This document shows, one piece after another, positions 9,985-19,724 of a stretch of 64,000 nt of DNA. The position numbers were made by a program, and so were the translations under genes. Each line of letters begins with the position of its first letter. Positions within the stretch are counted from its first letter, which is position 1. The notes under the pieces are model-generated. The model was given only the letters and a program-made list of their open reading frames with translations, searched no databases and was not told the origin of the DNA. The stretch covers positions 1,772 to 65,771 of the forward strand of contig DASYZL010000006.1 in the NCBI GenBank assembly GCA_035946335.1. The letters are read 5' to 3'. Source of the DNA: Patescibacteria group bacterium. Its GTDB lineage: Bacteria > Patescibacteriota > Microgenomatia > Levybacterales > UBA12049.

Positions 9985-11199
9985 TTAGTCTACAAACGTG
10001 AGAGCGGTTCCTCTTTTACCAGCCCGCCCGGTTCTTCCTATTCTGTGAATATAATCCTCGTAAGAAGCAGGAGCATCGTAATTAATAACATGAGTAACAT
10101 TCTCAATATCAAGGCCTCGTGAAACAACGTCTGTTGCTAACAGCACTTGAATCTCATTACTTTTAAATTGTTGCAAAGCCCGTTGTCTCTGGTTTTGTGT
10201 TTTATTTCCATGAATCGCAGCTGCATGAAATCCCCGGGAAATAAGTTCGTTTGCTAGTTTCTGTACTCCCCATTTCGTTCTTCCAAAAATGAGCACCTTG
10301 TCAAACCCTGTTTGTATCAAAAGATCGTGAAGCACGTTTATTTTTGTTTTGCCACCAGTTACCTTGATGATATCCTGATCAATAGTAGCCGATGTATCCT
10401 GCTGCTTCACAGAAATTGTTATGGGATCTGTTACAAAACTTCTTAAGATTTCCTGTGTTTTTGTATCAACGGTTGCAGAAAAGAATAATGATTGTCGAGT
10501 TTTAGGAAGAAGTGAAATGAGAAATTTGATATCTTTAATAAATCCGATATCTACCATTCTATCTACCTCATCAAGAACAACATTTTGAAAAAGCCCTACA
10601 TTGAGATCTTTTCGAATGAGTAAATCTTTTAATCTTCCTGGGGTACCTATGACAAAATGCGGCTTATGGTGCAGTGCATATGTTTGCTTTTTGATATTTG
10701 ATCCTCCTACAAGCGCAGCAGCTTCCAAATCTGTTCCTTTTGCAAAGACGCGAAATTCGTCCGTAATCTGCAGCGCAAGTTCACGGGTTGGAGTAACAAT
10801 CAATACTCGTTGATTCCTGTCAAGATATGCTTTGTTAATCAGGGCAATAAGAAAGGCAGCGGTTTTACCGGTTCCTGTATTTGCAATACCGATAATATCC
10901 CTACCTGCTAAAATCTCAGGAATTGCTTTTTCCTGTATTGCTGTAGGGATTGTATATCCGTGTTCCTGGATATTGCGCTTGAGCTTGTCAACTATTGGGT
11001 AAGCTATAAAACTGCCGTTCGCAGCTTCATCCAACAGGGAAAGATTAGCATTTTCCCTCTCTTCTGCTTTTTTAACAAAAAGCTTGGTATCAAGCTTATC
11101 TGCGTGTTTAGCAAATCCTCGTTGGAATTTTTTCCTGGAGGAATAAAAACCACCTCCGTGTTTACCACGGTAAGCATTGTTTTGTTTCGGTTTATACAT
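9985..11199 (-). CDS. DEAD-box ATP-dependent RNA helicase
   Basis: Motif I ANTGTGKTAAF, Ia PTRELA, II VLDEVDRM, III SAT, VI HRIGRTGRAG. Carries a basic N-terminal extension. Confidence 0.9.
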   Translation of the reverse strand: MYKPKQNNAYRGKHGGGFYSSRKKFQRGFAKHADKLDTKLFVKKAEERENANLSLLDEAANGSFIAYPIVDKLKRNIQEHGYTIPTAIQEKAIPEILAGRDIIGIANTGTGKTAAFLIALINKAYLDRNQRVLIVTPTRELALQITDEFRVFAKGTDLEAAALVGGSNIKKQTYALHHKPHFVIGTPGRLKDLLIRKDLNVGLFQNVVLDEVDRMVDIGFIKDIKFLISLLPKTRQSLFFSATVDTKTQEILRSFVTDPITISVKQQDTSATIDQDIIKVTGGKTKINVLHDLLIQTGFDKVLIFGRTKWGVQKLANELISRGFHAAAIHGNKTQNQRQRALQQFKSNEIQVLLATDVVSRGLDIENVTHVINYDAPASYEDYIHRIGRTGRAGKRGTALTFVD

Positions 11200-11203
11200 A
11201 ATA

Positions 11204-11458
11204 TTATCTTGCTTGAGGAATAGCTTCTTTTACGACGATTGAACGACCATTGATTTGCGAACCATTCAGTTTATTCATGGCTTCTTTAGCAATCTCAGGT
11301 GTTTCCATTTCAACAAATCCAAATCCTTTCCCTTGACCTGTATATCGATCAACAATAACCTTCGCAGAAAGTACTTTGCCAATTGTTGCAAAAAGTTCTT
11401 CAAGTTGTCCATTCGTTGTCCCATAATCGAGACTTCCTATAAATAATTTATTTGTCAT
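11204..11458 (-). CDS. RRM-type RNA-binding protein
   Basis: RNP-2 KLFIGSL and RNP-1 KGFGFVEM motifs. 84 aa. Strong SD (AAGGAGGAG) upstream. Located 5 nt downstream of the DEAD-box helicase on the same strand. Confidence 0.85.
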   Translation of the reverse strand: MTNKLFIGSLDYGTTNGQLEELFATIGKVLSAKVIVDRYTGQGKGFGFVEMETPEIAKEAMNKLNGSQINGRSIVVKEAIPQAR

Positions 11459-11701
11459 TTTTATCTCCTCCTTTCCCTTAAAATATAGTATTGATATTAC
11501 GCTCGTAGGTCTGCTTAGGTAATGAAGTTATTTTTATTTCGAAGAAGATACGTGGAAAAAATAGTATTAAGGTATCTTTTATCTTTTCTAAAAACTAAAT
11601 CAAATATAAGCAGATATACCAGCGTACTATCTGCAATCTACGTTATCATAGCATATCTCTATCCGTAAGTCAATAATGCTATAGGTCTATTTTGTGCTGC
11701 A

Positions 11702-12163
11702 TCAATCAATATGACCATCTAAATTGCAGTCGATTTCATTGATTAGCCAACCATATTTTGCTTTATGTAAGCGCACAGGAATATGATAATTTCCACCAGG
11801 AAAAACTGTCTCGACAATAACAGTTGCTGAAGAACTACTATCCAGATATGGTTTAAATATGTTTATTTTTTGTGGTATTCCCTCATTGCATAGCAACGTA
11901 TCTCCTGGAGTTGCCTTGAGCGTCTTTACAAACGTGCTGTCAAAAAAATCACCTGGATTTACAATACAGTGATCCAGTAATGAACCGTTTTGTAATCTCG
12001 AAGTTTTCATGCATTGAAAATATGAAGTATATACCGCGCGCATGAGTTCCTCGGGAGAAGAATATGCTCTTGAAACCACAGGTACTGTTTCTCTGAGATA
12101 CACCACGAGCATAGTAATAACGAACAGCAGTACACAAACAATGCTTACCGTGGTAACTCTCAT
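11702..12163 (-). CDS. Hypothetical membrane-anchored protein
   Basis: N-terminal TM helix. Starts 4 nt after the stop of the large secreted enzyme gene, so probably co-transcribed with it. Confidence 0.4.
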   Translation of the reverse strand: MRVTTVSIVCVLLFVITMLVVYLRETVPVVSRAYSSPEELMRAVYTSYFQCMKTSRLQNGSLLDHCIVNPGDFFDSTFVKTLKATPGDTLLCNEGIPQKINIFKPYLDSSSSATVIVETVFPGGNYHIPVRLHKAKYGWLINEIDCNLDGHID

Positions 12164-12167
12164 ACGC

Positions 12168-15092
12168 TTACGGACAGACCCGGGCTTGTAACGTCACGGG
12201 AGATAATGGCTGTTGACTCATGTCAAGTGAACCGGTAAAAGGGTCTGCTTGTCCGTCAAGTGAGGTCAATTGCGGCAATCCAAATATATTTTCTGTCAGT
12301 TTTTCAGCTGATGGAAAACTATACATTGTGTGATCAATAAATCCGCGCTTGGCAAAGGGTGAAATAATAATTGCTGGCACTCGAAAACCATACATAATCT
12401 GGCCGTTTGAACCCTTCGGTGGAGCAACATGATCATAAAATCCACCAAAATCGTCCCATGTTAAAATAATAACTGTATTTGCCCAGAGCGCAGGATTACT
12501 CATGACCGCATTGATTTGTTGAACTGTCCAGTTTTCTCCCGTACAAATATTTGCCGGAGGGTGATCACTGACATTTGACGGCTCTACCAGCCAAGAAACA
12601 GCAGGAAGATTACCTGAAGATGCATCAACTGCAAACTGGGAATAGTTTACTACGTGTTGTTGCCATTGTGTTGTTTCCCGTATGTGTTTGATCGCGTCAT
12701 ATATTGACCAAATGTATCCGGATGTTCCCTGATCAGGTGCGTAGTACTTCCATGATAGAGAATGGGCATTGAGGAGGTCGCCAACCGTTTGAAAATTATC
12801 AAAACAGGGAAACACGTTTTGGATCGTTCCATTTGCATGACGCTCTTCTACGGTAGCATTTGCAGGTGAATCACATCCCCAGATACCTGCACTCGTAGGA
12901 TTTGCATCAACATCGTTATCCTGTCCAGCAATAGTAAAAAAGTGATTGGCAAAACTAGGTCCCAGAATTGTTGAAAAGAAATTATCATCCAGCGTAAAAT
13001 TTTGCGCATATTTCCAGTAATTCGATATATCTGATTGCAGAAGTTGAGAATCCGCTTCATCAGTTCCATTTTGCATGGCACCTCTAATTTGTGAGAATTT
13101 ATCCATCCTACCGTTATCATATGCCAGATGAGCTGAATTTGGAGAATGATCGATATCATTAAGTAAAGCTACAGGTTGATGATTCAGAGGATGTGACAGT
13201 CCGTTCGCGTCTTTATACGTTGTTGTTCCATTTGCCCCAGGAAAGGTGCCAAACATACTATCAAATGTCCGATTTTCTTTGTCCATAATAATGATGTGCT
13301 GTATTTTCCCTGCAACTGGAGTATTTGTGGGTGAAGGAAAAAAAGTTGGAGTAGGATTACCTGTAGGAGTTGGGGTGATAGAAGGAACAGTACCGTTACC
13401 CTGCTGCACGCTTATTTCCCGAAGGAAAAGATTATAATCAATGCCATCAACAACGCCGTCGTCGTTAATATCGGCTCCTGGAGATTGCGCTGTAGGAGGC
13501 TTTGTGCATGTTGGGGTTGTTTGCAAATCACCATAGCAACTCACAATTGCATTATAATCCAACAGGTCCAGTTGATCGTCATTGTCAATATCTCCGTTTA
13601 CCAGAGAAAGGGAAGGAAGGGTAATCGTTTGACCGGAAGTAATAGCGATGGTTCCGGGTTCCTGTTTTGAAAGAAATCCATCCATTTTCACTGTCACCGT
13701 GTATTGTCCTGAAGAAAGATTTGAAACGGAAAGAGAACCCTGGAAGTTTCCAGCAGACTGATTATACGAAACAGTCCCCTGCACTGGCATAGATGTACCT
13801 GCAGCAAGAAGGGTAACGATCACTGACCGTTGTTGATGGACAGGATTGGTATTCCCGCCACTATTTGCACTGACGCTATCACCACAATTTCCTAAACCAT
13901 GAGGACAAAGAGTGAGAGAAAGAGTTGTGGATCCTGTTGGAACAGGTGTCCCTGAGGAAGGAGTACTTGATGTGGGCGTTGGTGTTCCTGGGGGTGCTGA
14001 GGAAACCGTTGGCATTGGCGTACCTGCTGTCCCGGCAGACCCAAAAATTGTTGTATAAGCCTGTTTGGCAAGCGCTTCATTGTCAGCACCTATTTGATTG
14101 GTAGTCCCTGTCCAATTACTTGGTTCAAAATAGCTCAAACCTGCTGTATGAGATTGTAAGACAAAATTTGTCATTGCAGTGTTGTATGCCGGATAATCAC
14201 ATCGCCCACCCCACTCGTTGATTATCATACTTGCATGATGCGCATGGAGAAATGTTGCCTCCTGAGGTTTCGTGGTAGCTAACTCGCTTAAAGCCGTGGC
14301 ATTCGGTTCACCGCATTGTCCAGAATATAAATGCCTGTCAATAATGATATTTGTTTGAGTAAAGGGAAAAGGATTATATGGGTAGTTAGGATACTCAACC
14401 TTTAAAACATTAGGATTTCCTTTTTGCAACGCATCAAGCCACATCATATCATCGGCTTGAGGGTTTGGTTCTCCTGCATGGACACCTTCATTTCGAACAT
14501 CAAAAAATACCGCAGGATCATTCGCAAAAAGTGATGCCATACTCTGTAATGCTTGCGCGCCAACAGTCCCTTCATTGGTATTGATTCTGTTGGACATTTG
14601 ATCTTTGTTTAATTCTACGTATAGTCCCCGGGACTCAAGCGCTTTGACATAGGCTTTCACAAAATCCTGATAGTTCATATTTGCTGTAGGTACTGATGGA
14701 TTCGTCGTCCAATAGTCAGGGTGAAAACCGACACGAATCATATTAATTGGTACTTTTTGGAGGATTGCATCGACATAACTCATGTCTGTTGTATCTGTTT
14801 CATATTGTCCACTCGTGAATCCTGCTTTTTTCCCTTCTGCCCCTAATAAATAGACTTCACAACCAGTGGCATCAACCAATAAACCATTTTGGTCCAAATG
14901 CAGTTGTGCAAATGTGTAGGTTCCATCGGAGTTTTTTACTCTTCCTGTATGATTACAGTTTGTCATGGCTGCATATTGTTCTGTTTGCTGCTGTTGCAGG
15001 GAAAAAAGAACTGTTAGAGGTATAGTTACAGCAATAAAAAACGTTGCTAAACCGATATATTTTTTTCCACGCATAAAATGTCTCCTAAACAA
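12168..15092 (-). CDS. Large secreted multidomain protein: N-terminal GH5-like (clan GH-A) glycoside hydrolase, Ser/Thr/Pro linkers, dockerin-like Ca-binding repeats, C-terminal phosphoesterase (PLC/AcpA family)
   Basis: Signal/TM at the N-terminus. GH-A-like catalytic pattern (R..H; NEG; H.Y; INEWGG). Two dockerin-type loops [13 protein letters not shown] and [13 protein letters not shown]. The C-terminal [14 protein letters not shown] matches the phosphoesterase family motif ENRSFDHYFG. Confidence 0.7.
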   Translation of the reverse strand: MFRRHFMRGKKYIGLATFFIAVTIPLTVLFSLQQQQTEQYAAMTNCNHTGRVKNSDGTYTFAQLHLDQNGLLVDATGCEVYLLGAEGKKAGFTSGQYETDTTDMSYVDAILQKVPINMIRVGFHPDYWTTNPSVPTANMNYQDFVKAYVKALESRGLYVELNKDQMSNRINTNEGTVGAQALQSMASLFANDPAVFFDVRNEGVHAGEPNPQADDMMWLDALQKGNPNVLKVEYPNYPYNPFPFTQTNIIIDRHLYSGQCGEPNATALSELATTKPQEATFLHAHHASMIINEWGGRCDYPAYNTAMTNFVLQSHTAGLSYFEPSNWTGTTNQIGADNEALAKQAYTTIFGSAGTAGTPMPTVSSAPPGTPTPTSSTPSSGTPVPTGSTTLSLTLCPHGLGNCGDSVSANSGGNTNPVHQQRSVIVTLLAAGTSMPVQGTVSYNQSAGNFQGSLSVSNLSSGQYTVTVKMDGFLSKQEPGTIAITSGQTITLPSLSLVNGDIDNDDQLDLLDYNAIVSCYGDLQTTPTCTKPPTAQSPGADINDDGVVDGIDYNLFLREISVQQGNGTVPSITPTPTGNPTPTFFPSPTNTPVAGKIQHIIIMDKENRTFDSMFGTFPGANGTTTYKDANGLSHPLNHQPVALLNDIDHSPNSAHLAYDNGRMDKFSQIRGAMQNGTDEADSQLLQSDISNYWKYAQNFTLDDNFFSTILGPSFANHFFTIAGQDNDVDANPTSAGIWGCDSPANATVEERHANGTIQNVFPCFDNFQTVGDLLNAHSLSWKYYAPDQGTSGYIWSIYDAIKHIRETTQWQQHVVNYSQFAVDASSGNLPAVSWLVEPSNVSDHPPANICTGENWTVQQINAVMSNPALWANTVIILTWDDFGGFYDHVAPPKGSNGQIMYGFRVPAIIISPFAKRGFIDHTMYSFPSAEKLTENIFGLPQLTSLDGQADPFTGSLDMSQQPLSPVTLQARVCP

Positions 15093-15530
15093 AGGGCAAT
15101 AGATACTGCTTTAAGAGTAAACCAACAAAATAGAAAAAACAAGCAATCAAGTTATCATTATGATACATATCCATTGCTCAATAAATATTACTACTAAAAG
15201 ATATATTAGCTGTAGTATTTTAATAACCTGCCTCCTTTATACAACGGACTGATGAGTTTATATACTTTTCTCAAGCTACAATAATGTGCTCGAGTATAAC
15301 GGTAAAGTATCTATCATTGAAATAGTTGAACAAAAGGATTAAGACTATTTATAATTTATATACGTACGCCTTGACGATGTTCTATTTTCATTGTTTGCAC
15401 TAAGCTTTCTTTTGAGGTAAATCTAATCCAGGTCAAGTCATTTTTGACAAATTTTCGAGGCTAGATTGAAGTAAAATTGTACCTGGCATTCTTGGACGTT
15501 GTAAATAGACAACTGATAAAAGTTATATTA

Positions 15531-16128
15531 TTAAAATGATCCAGTCTTAACTTCCCCTGCGAACTTATAATTGGCGACTATGACTCCATTTGGTGCAATT
15601 TTTCCTTCAACCATTTGAAGCGCAGATGGAACTGTTCCTTCTGCAAATAAACGCTTACCTCTTCCAAGCGTTAGTGGATATATTTTAAGCCAAAGCTCAT
15701 CTACCAAGTTGTTTTTCAAAAGAGTCTGGATAAGATTTCCGCTCCCATGTACTTGTAACTCGGGGCCATCTTTTGCTTTGAGTTTTTTAATCTGATCAAC
15801 AACATTATCTTTTACTATAATTGTCTTTTCCCAATCGTATGCATGGTCAGAACTTGAGACCACATATTTTGTTGCCTTATTAATACTTTCGCCTTCTTCT
15901 GGGTGATCAGGCCAAATAAGATTTAAAAATCTCATAAGTCTTTCTTCCAAGAAGCAAATCGAAAGGATGACCCATTTGTTCTGTCATGACCTTACCCATA
16001 AAATCATCAAAATAAGGGAATTGCCAACCACCGTATTTGAAGTCTCCACTTATATCTTCCTTTGGTCCACCAGGTGCCTGCATAACACCGTCTAAAGTGA
16101 TAAAAGAGAGAACAATAATTTTTCTCAT
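15531..16128 (-). pseudogene. Frameshifted dihydrofolate-reductase-family (RibD C-terminal domain) gene
   Basis: Two overlapping ORFs (15907..16128 N-terminal part MRKIIVLSFITLDGVMQAPGG...; 15531..15950 C-terminal part ...LQVHGSGNLIQTLL...LFAEG) together form one RibD_C/DHFR-like protein. The split implies a frameshift near 15907-15950 (or a sequencing error). Confidence 0.55.
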
Positions 16129-16229
16129 AAAAATTATTTTAATATTAAAGAGCTTATGAAAGCTAGTGTCTGAATTTTTATTTTTTTCTGCCTATTGCGT
16201 TTTAAACATTTATATGGAATAATCATCTC

Positions 16230-16652
16230 ATGGCAAAGATGAATCCAGTTGTGCATTTTGAAATGCCGGCTAAAGATAAAAAAAGAGTATCTGAATTTTA
16301 TTCTAAAGTTTTTGGTTGGCAGATGCATCAACTCGGTGCCAAGATGGGAAATTACCTTCTAGCTCAAACTACAGACACTGATGAAAATATGATGCCTAAA
16401 ACACCAGGAGCAATCAATGGTGGTTTTTTTGATTATCAAAAAAAGAAAGGCTTTAACATCCCTCACTTAGTAATATCTGTTGATAATTTAGAAGAAGCAA
16501 TGAAAAAAGTAGAGGAAGCTGGAGGCAAAATACTTGGTGGTGTCTCTGGTCCTGGAAAAATCGATGATATTCCTGGAGTTGGTCGCTACGTTTCTTTTGT
16601 AGACTCAGAAGGTAATCACGTTGGCATGCTTCAACCAGTTCCGAGAAAATAA
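16230..16652 (+). CDS. VOC (glyoxalase/bleomycin-resistance) family protein
   Basis: N-terminus NPVVHFEMPAKD...FYSKVFGWQ is typical of VOC-family proteins. 140 aa. Confidence 0.65.
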   Translation: MAKMNPVVHFEMPAKDKKRVSEFYSKVFGWQMHQLGAKMGNYLLAQTTDTDENMMPKTPGAINGGFFDYQKKKGFNIPHLVISVDNLEEAMKKVEEAGGKILGGVSGPGKIDDIPGVGRYVSFVDSEGNHVGMLQPVPRK

Positions 16653-16803
16653 TTATTAGCTACATTCTACGAGATTTTTTCGATTATCAGTTCGAGCCCA
16701 AACTTGGTCAAGGCATTTTTAAGATTTTTTGAGGCTAAAATGAAGCTGGCAATCCTGAATGCTGTAGTAATTTTCTCTGTTAAAACCTTGTACTACTCTA
16801 TAT

Positions 16804-17190
16804 CTATATAATTTTTATAGTTTCAACATTATGCTGTTTATCATCAGCAAATTCATATAATAATGCATTTGAAATAGTAGACTTATTGAATACCGCATGA
16901 GGTAAATATGGAGGCATTATGAAAATGGTCAGATTATCGCTAATGAGCATAGTTTCTTCATGTTTTCCTTTTTTATCCAACCAATAGAGCACTAAGTCTT
17001 TATTTGTTGCTATAAATGCTTCTTGCCTTGGGTGCTTATGGTTTCCCCCTACTTCTTGAGGAGGAATTGAAACTAAAGATTGTTCTACTAAATTAAATTC
17101 ACTCGGGAGAAGAGAGGTATCTATGTGGAGTACCCATAAACCATTCTCTTTTTTATAGGAAGGAGCAATAATAATTCTTTGAATTTCCAC
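16804..17190 (-). CDS. Cupin domain protein
   Basis: Cupin motif GGNHKHPRQEAF (G..H.H...E). Small beta-rich protein. Confidence 0.4.
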   Translation of the reverse strand: MEIQRIIIAPSYKKENGLWVLHIDTSLLPSEFNLVEQSLVSIPPQEVGGNHKHPRQEAFIATNKDLVLYWLDKKGKHEETMLISDNLTIFIMPPYLPHAVFNKSTISNALLYEFADDKQHNVETIKII

Positions 17191-17249
17191 ATTGGAAGTA
17201 TACTAAAAAGTTCTGACAAAGTACATTGAGTACAACGTAAACAGAATTG

Positions 17250-17278
17250 TCGGACATGGATAGTATTCGAACTTTTTG
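17250..17278. repeat. 29-nt direct repeat, copy A (CGGACATGGATAGTATTCGAACTTTTTGG)
   Basis: 26/29 identical to copy B at 18155-18183. The two copies bracket the TauE/SafE gene. Confidence 0.55.
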
Positions 17279-17356
17279 GATACAAAATACTGAAAGTTTC
17301 TATGTTTCTATATCCCTAACTATATGTTCTAATAATTATTGAAGTATATTTTTAAC

Positions 17357-18073
17357 TTATTTTAAGATCAACAGTATCCCTGATAAAATCAAAATTATAA
17401 AAACAACTTTTCTGAATATCTCCTCTGAAGATTTAATATGCAATTTATGGCCTAACCAATTGCTTAAAATTAAAACAGGAAAACAAATAACAAATAGAAA
17501 CAATACTTGTCTTGTTATTAAACCATGAATAGCAAATAAAGGAATTTGTATGACCCCATTGAAAAGAAAAAAGATTAAACTGGTAGACCTAAAAAGATTT
17601 TTGTCCTTAAAAACACTTGATAAATAAAGAATAATAGGTGCCCCACCAACTGCAAATATAGCTGATAATATTCCACTTAATATGCCCGTAATAAAACCCA
17701 AAAGAATATTCGGAAGAATTGAAATCTTTTTATCTACGAAAAATATGATGACTGAAGAGACAGGAATAACAATGCCAAGTATTTTTACTAAAACAATATT
17801 TGAATCTAATACAAGAAAATGAACCCCAATAATTCCTCCTACTAAATTACCTAGTATCAATGGTATAAGTACCCAATACTGTATATTTTTGTAAAAAGTT
17901 TTTATGAGAAGTGCATTACTTGAAAAACCAAGGAGATTTACAAATGGAGAAATTGTTGTTAATGGATATAATAAGACAAGCAAAGGAACTGCAACTATTC
18001 CACCACCAAACCCTGCAAAAGCGTTAACAATAAATGCCAGAAAAATAATGACTGCGCTAATTAACATTAACAC
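17357..18073 (-). CDS. TSUP (TauE/SafE) family anion exporter
   Basis: 8 TM helices. N-terminal ...AGFGGGIVAVPLL... motif is characteristic of TauE/SafE. Confidence 0.75.
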   Translation of the reverse strand: MLMLISAVIIFLAFIVNAFAGFGGGIVAVPLLVLLYPLTTISPFVNLLGFSSNALLIKTFYKNIQYWVLIPLILGNLVGGIIGVHFLVLDSNIVLVKILGIVIPVSSVIIFFVDKKISILPNILLGFITGILSGILSAIFAVGGAPIILYLSSVFKDKNLFRSTSLIFFLFNGVIQIPLFAIHGLITRQVLFLFVICFPVLILSNWLGHKLHIKSSEEIFRKVVFIILILSGILLILK

Positions 18074-18154
18074 AAACTAATTGTAGCAGCTTCGAATCCA
18101 AGTTTGGAGAAGTATAGTTTGATATAGTTATTTGAGACTAACTGAGTTTGCTGG

Positions 18155-18183
18155 CGGACATAGACACTATTCGAACTTTTTGG
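18155..18183. repeat. 29-nt direct repeat, copy B (CGGACATAGACACTATTCGAACTTTTTGG)
   Basis: Pairs with copy A at 17250-17278. Confidence 0.55.
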
Positions 18184-18288
18184 CAAACAACACAGGAACG
18201 ATTTTATATTCCAATTTATAGTTAACATTCATTCTCCTGCTTGACACAATTTAATTGTTAATAAATAATATCCTCAGGGGGAGGATAT

Positions 18289-18558
18289 ATGGCATACAGA
18301 CCAAAAGACACACAAGAAAGAATACTGCATCGTCTCAAAATAGCAAAAGGACATTTAGAGAAAGTTATTAAGATGGTTGAAGATGATACATATTGTATTG
18401 ATGTGCTGCAACAGCTCTCAGCAGTAGATAGTGGACTTGAGGAAACAGCCAATGTACTTCTTGAACATCATTTACGAACATGTGCTTCTGAAAAGATGAA
18501 AAAAGGTAAAACAGATGAAGCAATTGAAGAAATAATGACAGTATTCAAGAAAAAATAA
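18289..18558 (+). CDS. csoR: CsoR/RcnR family metal-sensing transcriptional repressor
   Basis: 89 aa. ...RLKIAKGHLEKVIKMVEDDTYCIDVLQQLSAV...EHHLRTC... with the C/H/C metal-ligand arrangement of the CsoR family. Heads a copper-related gene cluster. Confidence 0.75.
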   Translation: MAYRPKDTQERILHRLKIAKGHLEKVIKMVEDDTYCIDVLQQLSAVDSGLEETANVLLEHHLRTCASEKMKKGKTDEAIEEIMTVFKKK

Positions 18559-19722
18559 ATGAACTTATTCCATAACATTCTTATGTCTTTTCTCATGGCT
18601 TTTTACATGCTGTGGGATGTCCTCTGGCCTCTTATATTAGGCTTTGCTCTTTCTGGCGTGGTGCAAGCAGTTGTATCGCATGCAAAAATGGCTGAAACAC
18701 TTGGAGATGATTCTCCCAAAAGTGTTACGCTCGCAACCCTATTTGGGATTGCATCAAGTTCTTGTTCATACGCCGCTATTGCTCTAGCACGATCTATTTT
18801 TCGTAAAGGTGCAAGTTTTTCCAATGCGATGGTTTTTGAACTTTCTTCAACAAACTTAGTTATTGAGCTAGGAGTAATTCTTTGGGTATTTATGGGATGG
18901 CAATTTGTCGCAGCAGAGTTTACAGGAGGGATTATTATGGTTATACTTCTTGCCCTTATTTTTCGTTTTACTTTATCAAGAAAATTAGTGAAAGAGGCCA
19001 GAAGACAAGCAGAAAAGAATGTAATGGGCAAAATGGAGGGCCACGCAGGGATGGATATGAGTCTGACAGAAGGAACCATTTGGTCACGGTTACTTAGCAA
19101 AAAAGGCTTTACCGCAATTAGTCATTTTTTCATTATGGATGTTGCCTCAATTTGGACAGATATTCTTATTGGCTTTGGTATTGCAGGAATACTTGCAGTA
19201 TTTGTGCCAGAGTCATTCTGGCAAGCATTTTTCTTTACCAATCATCCAACCCTTGCATACATTGAAGGACCCTTGGTTGGACCACTTGTAGCCATGCTTT
19301 CGTTCGTTTGTTCTGTGGGAAATATTCCGCTCGCAGCAGTATTATGGAAAGGTGGCATTAGTTTTGGAGGAGTTGTCAGCTTTATCTTTGCAGACCTTAT
19401 TGTTCTGCCAATACTCAACATTTATAGGAAGTATTATGGATGGAAGATGATGGCATATATTTTAGTTACTTTTTATGCAACAATGGCAGCGGCAGGATAT
19501 ATTATTGAGTTTCTTTTTGCTGTACTCCACATTATTCCAACAAATAGAAATGTTGTTATGATAAGCTCGGGCATTTCTTGGAATTATACAAGTATTCTTA
19601 ACATCGCCTTCTTGTTGATTGCTGGTATATTGACGATAAGATTTTTACGCACAGGCGGCCCAGCAATGCTTAAAATGATGGAGATGGACCCAAAAGATAT
19701 GAAGGACTGTTGTAAAGTATAA
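18559..19722 (+). CDS. Predicted permease (DUF318/ArsP-like two-repeat membrane permease)
   Basis: ~10 TM helices. Cys-containing motifs (SSCSYAAIA; CSVGNIPLAAVLWKGG) resemble the ArsP/DUF318 permease family. Abuts the CsoR stop codon. Confidence 0.55.
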   Translation: MNLFHNILMSFLMAFYMLWDVLWPLILGFALSGVVQAVVSHAKMAETLGDDSPKSVTLATLFGIASSSCSYAAIALARSIFRKGASFSNAMVFELSSTNLVIELGVILWVFMGWQFVAAEFTGGIIMVILLALIFRFTLSRKLVKEARRQAEKNVMGKMEGHAGMDMSLTEGTIWSRLLSKKGFTAISHFFIMDVASIWTDILIGFGIAGILAVFVPESFWQAFFFTNHPTLAYIEGPLVGPLVAMLSFVCSVGNIPLAAVLWKGGISFGGVVSFIFADLIVLPILNIYRKYYGWKMMAYILVTFYATMAAAGYIIEFLFAVLHIIPTNRNVVMISSGISWNYTSILNIAFLLIAGILTIRFLRTGGPAMLKMMEMDPKDMKDCCKV

Positions 19723-19724
19723 AT

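Noticed and set aside
12650-14089. Several 60-100-aa ORFs on both strands inside the 974-aa secreted-enzyme gene
   Set aside because: They are nested in a long, motif-rich ORF, and some are low-complexity Q/P-rich antisense readings of the S/T/P linker.
18603-19100. 165-aa minus-strand ORF inside the DUF318 permease gene
   Set aside because: It is antisense to a well-supported 10-TM permease, and its composition is typical of shadow ORFs.
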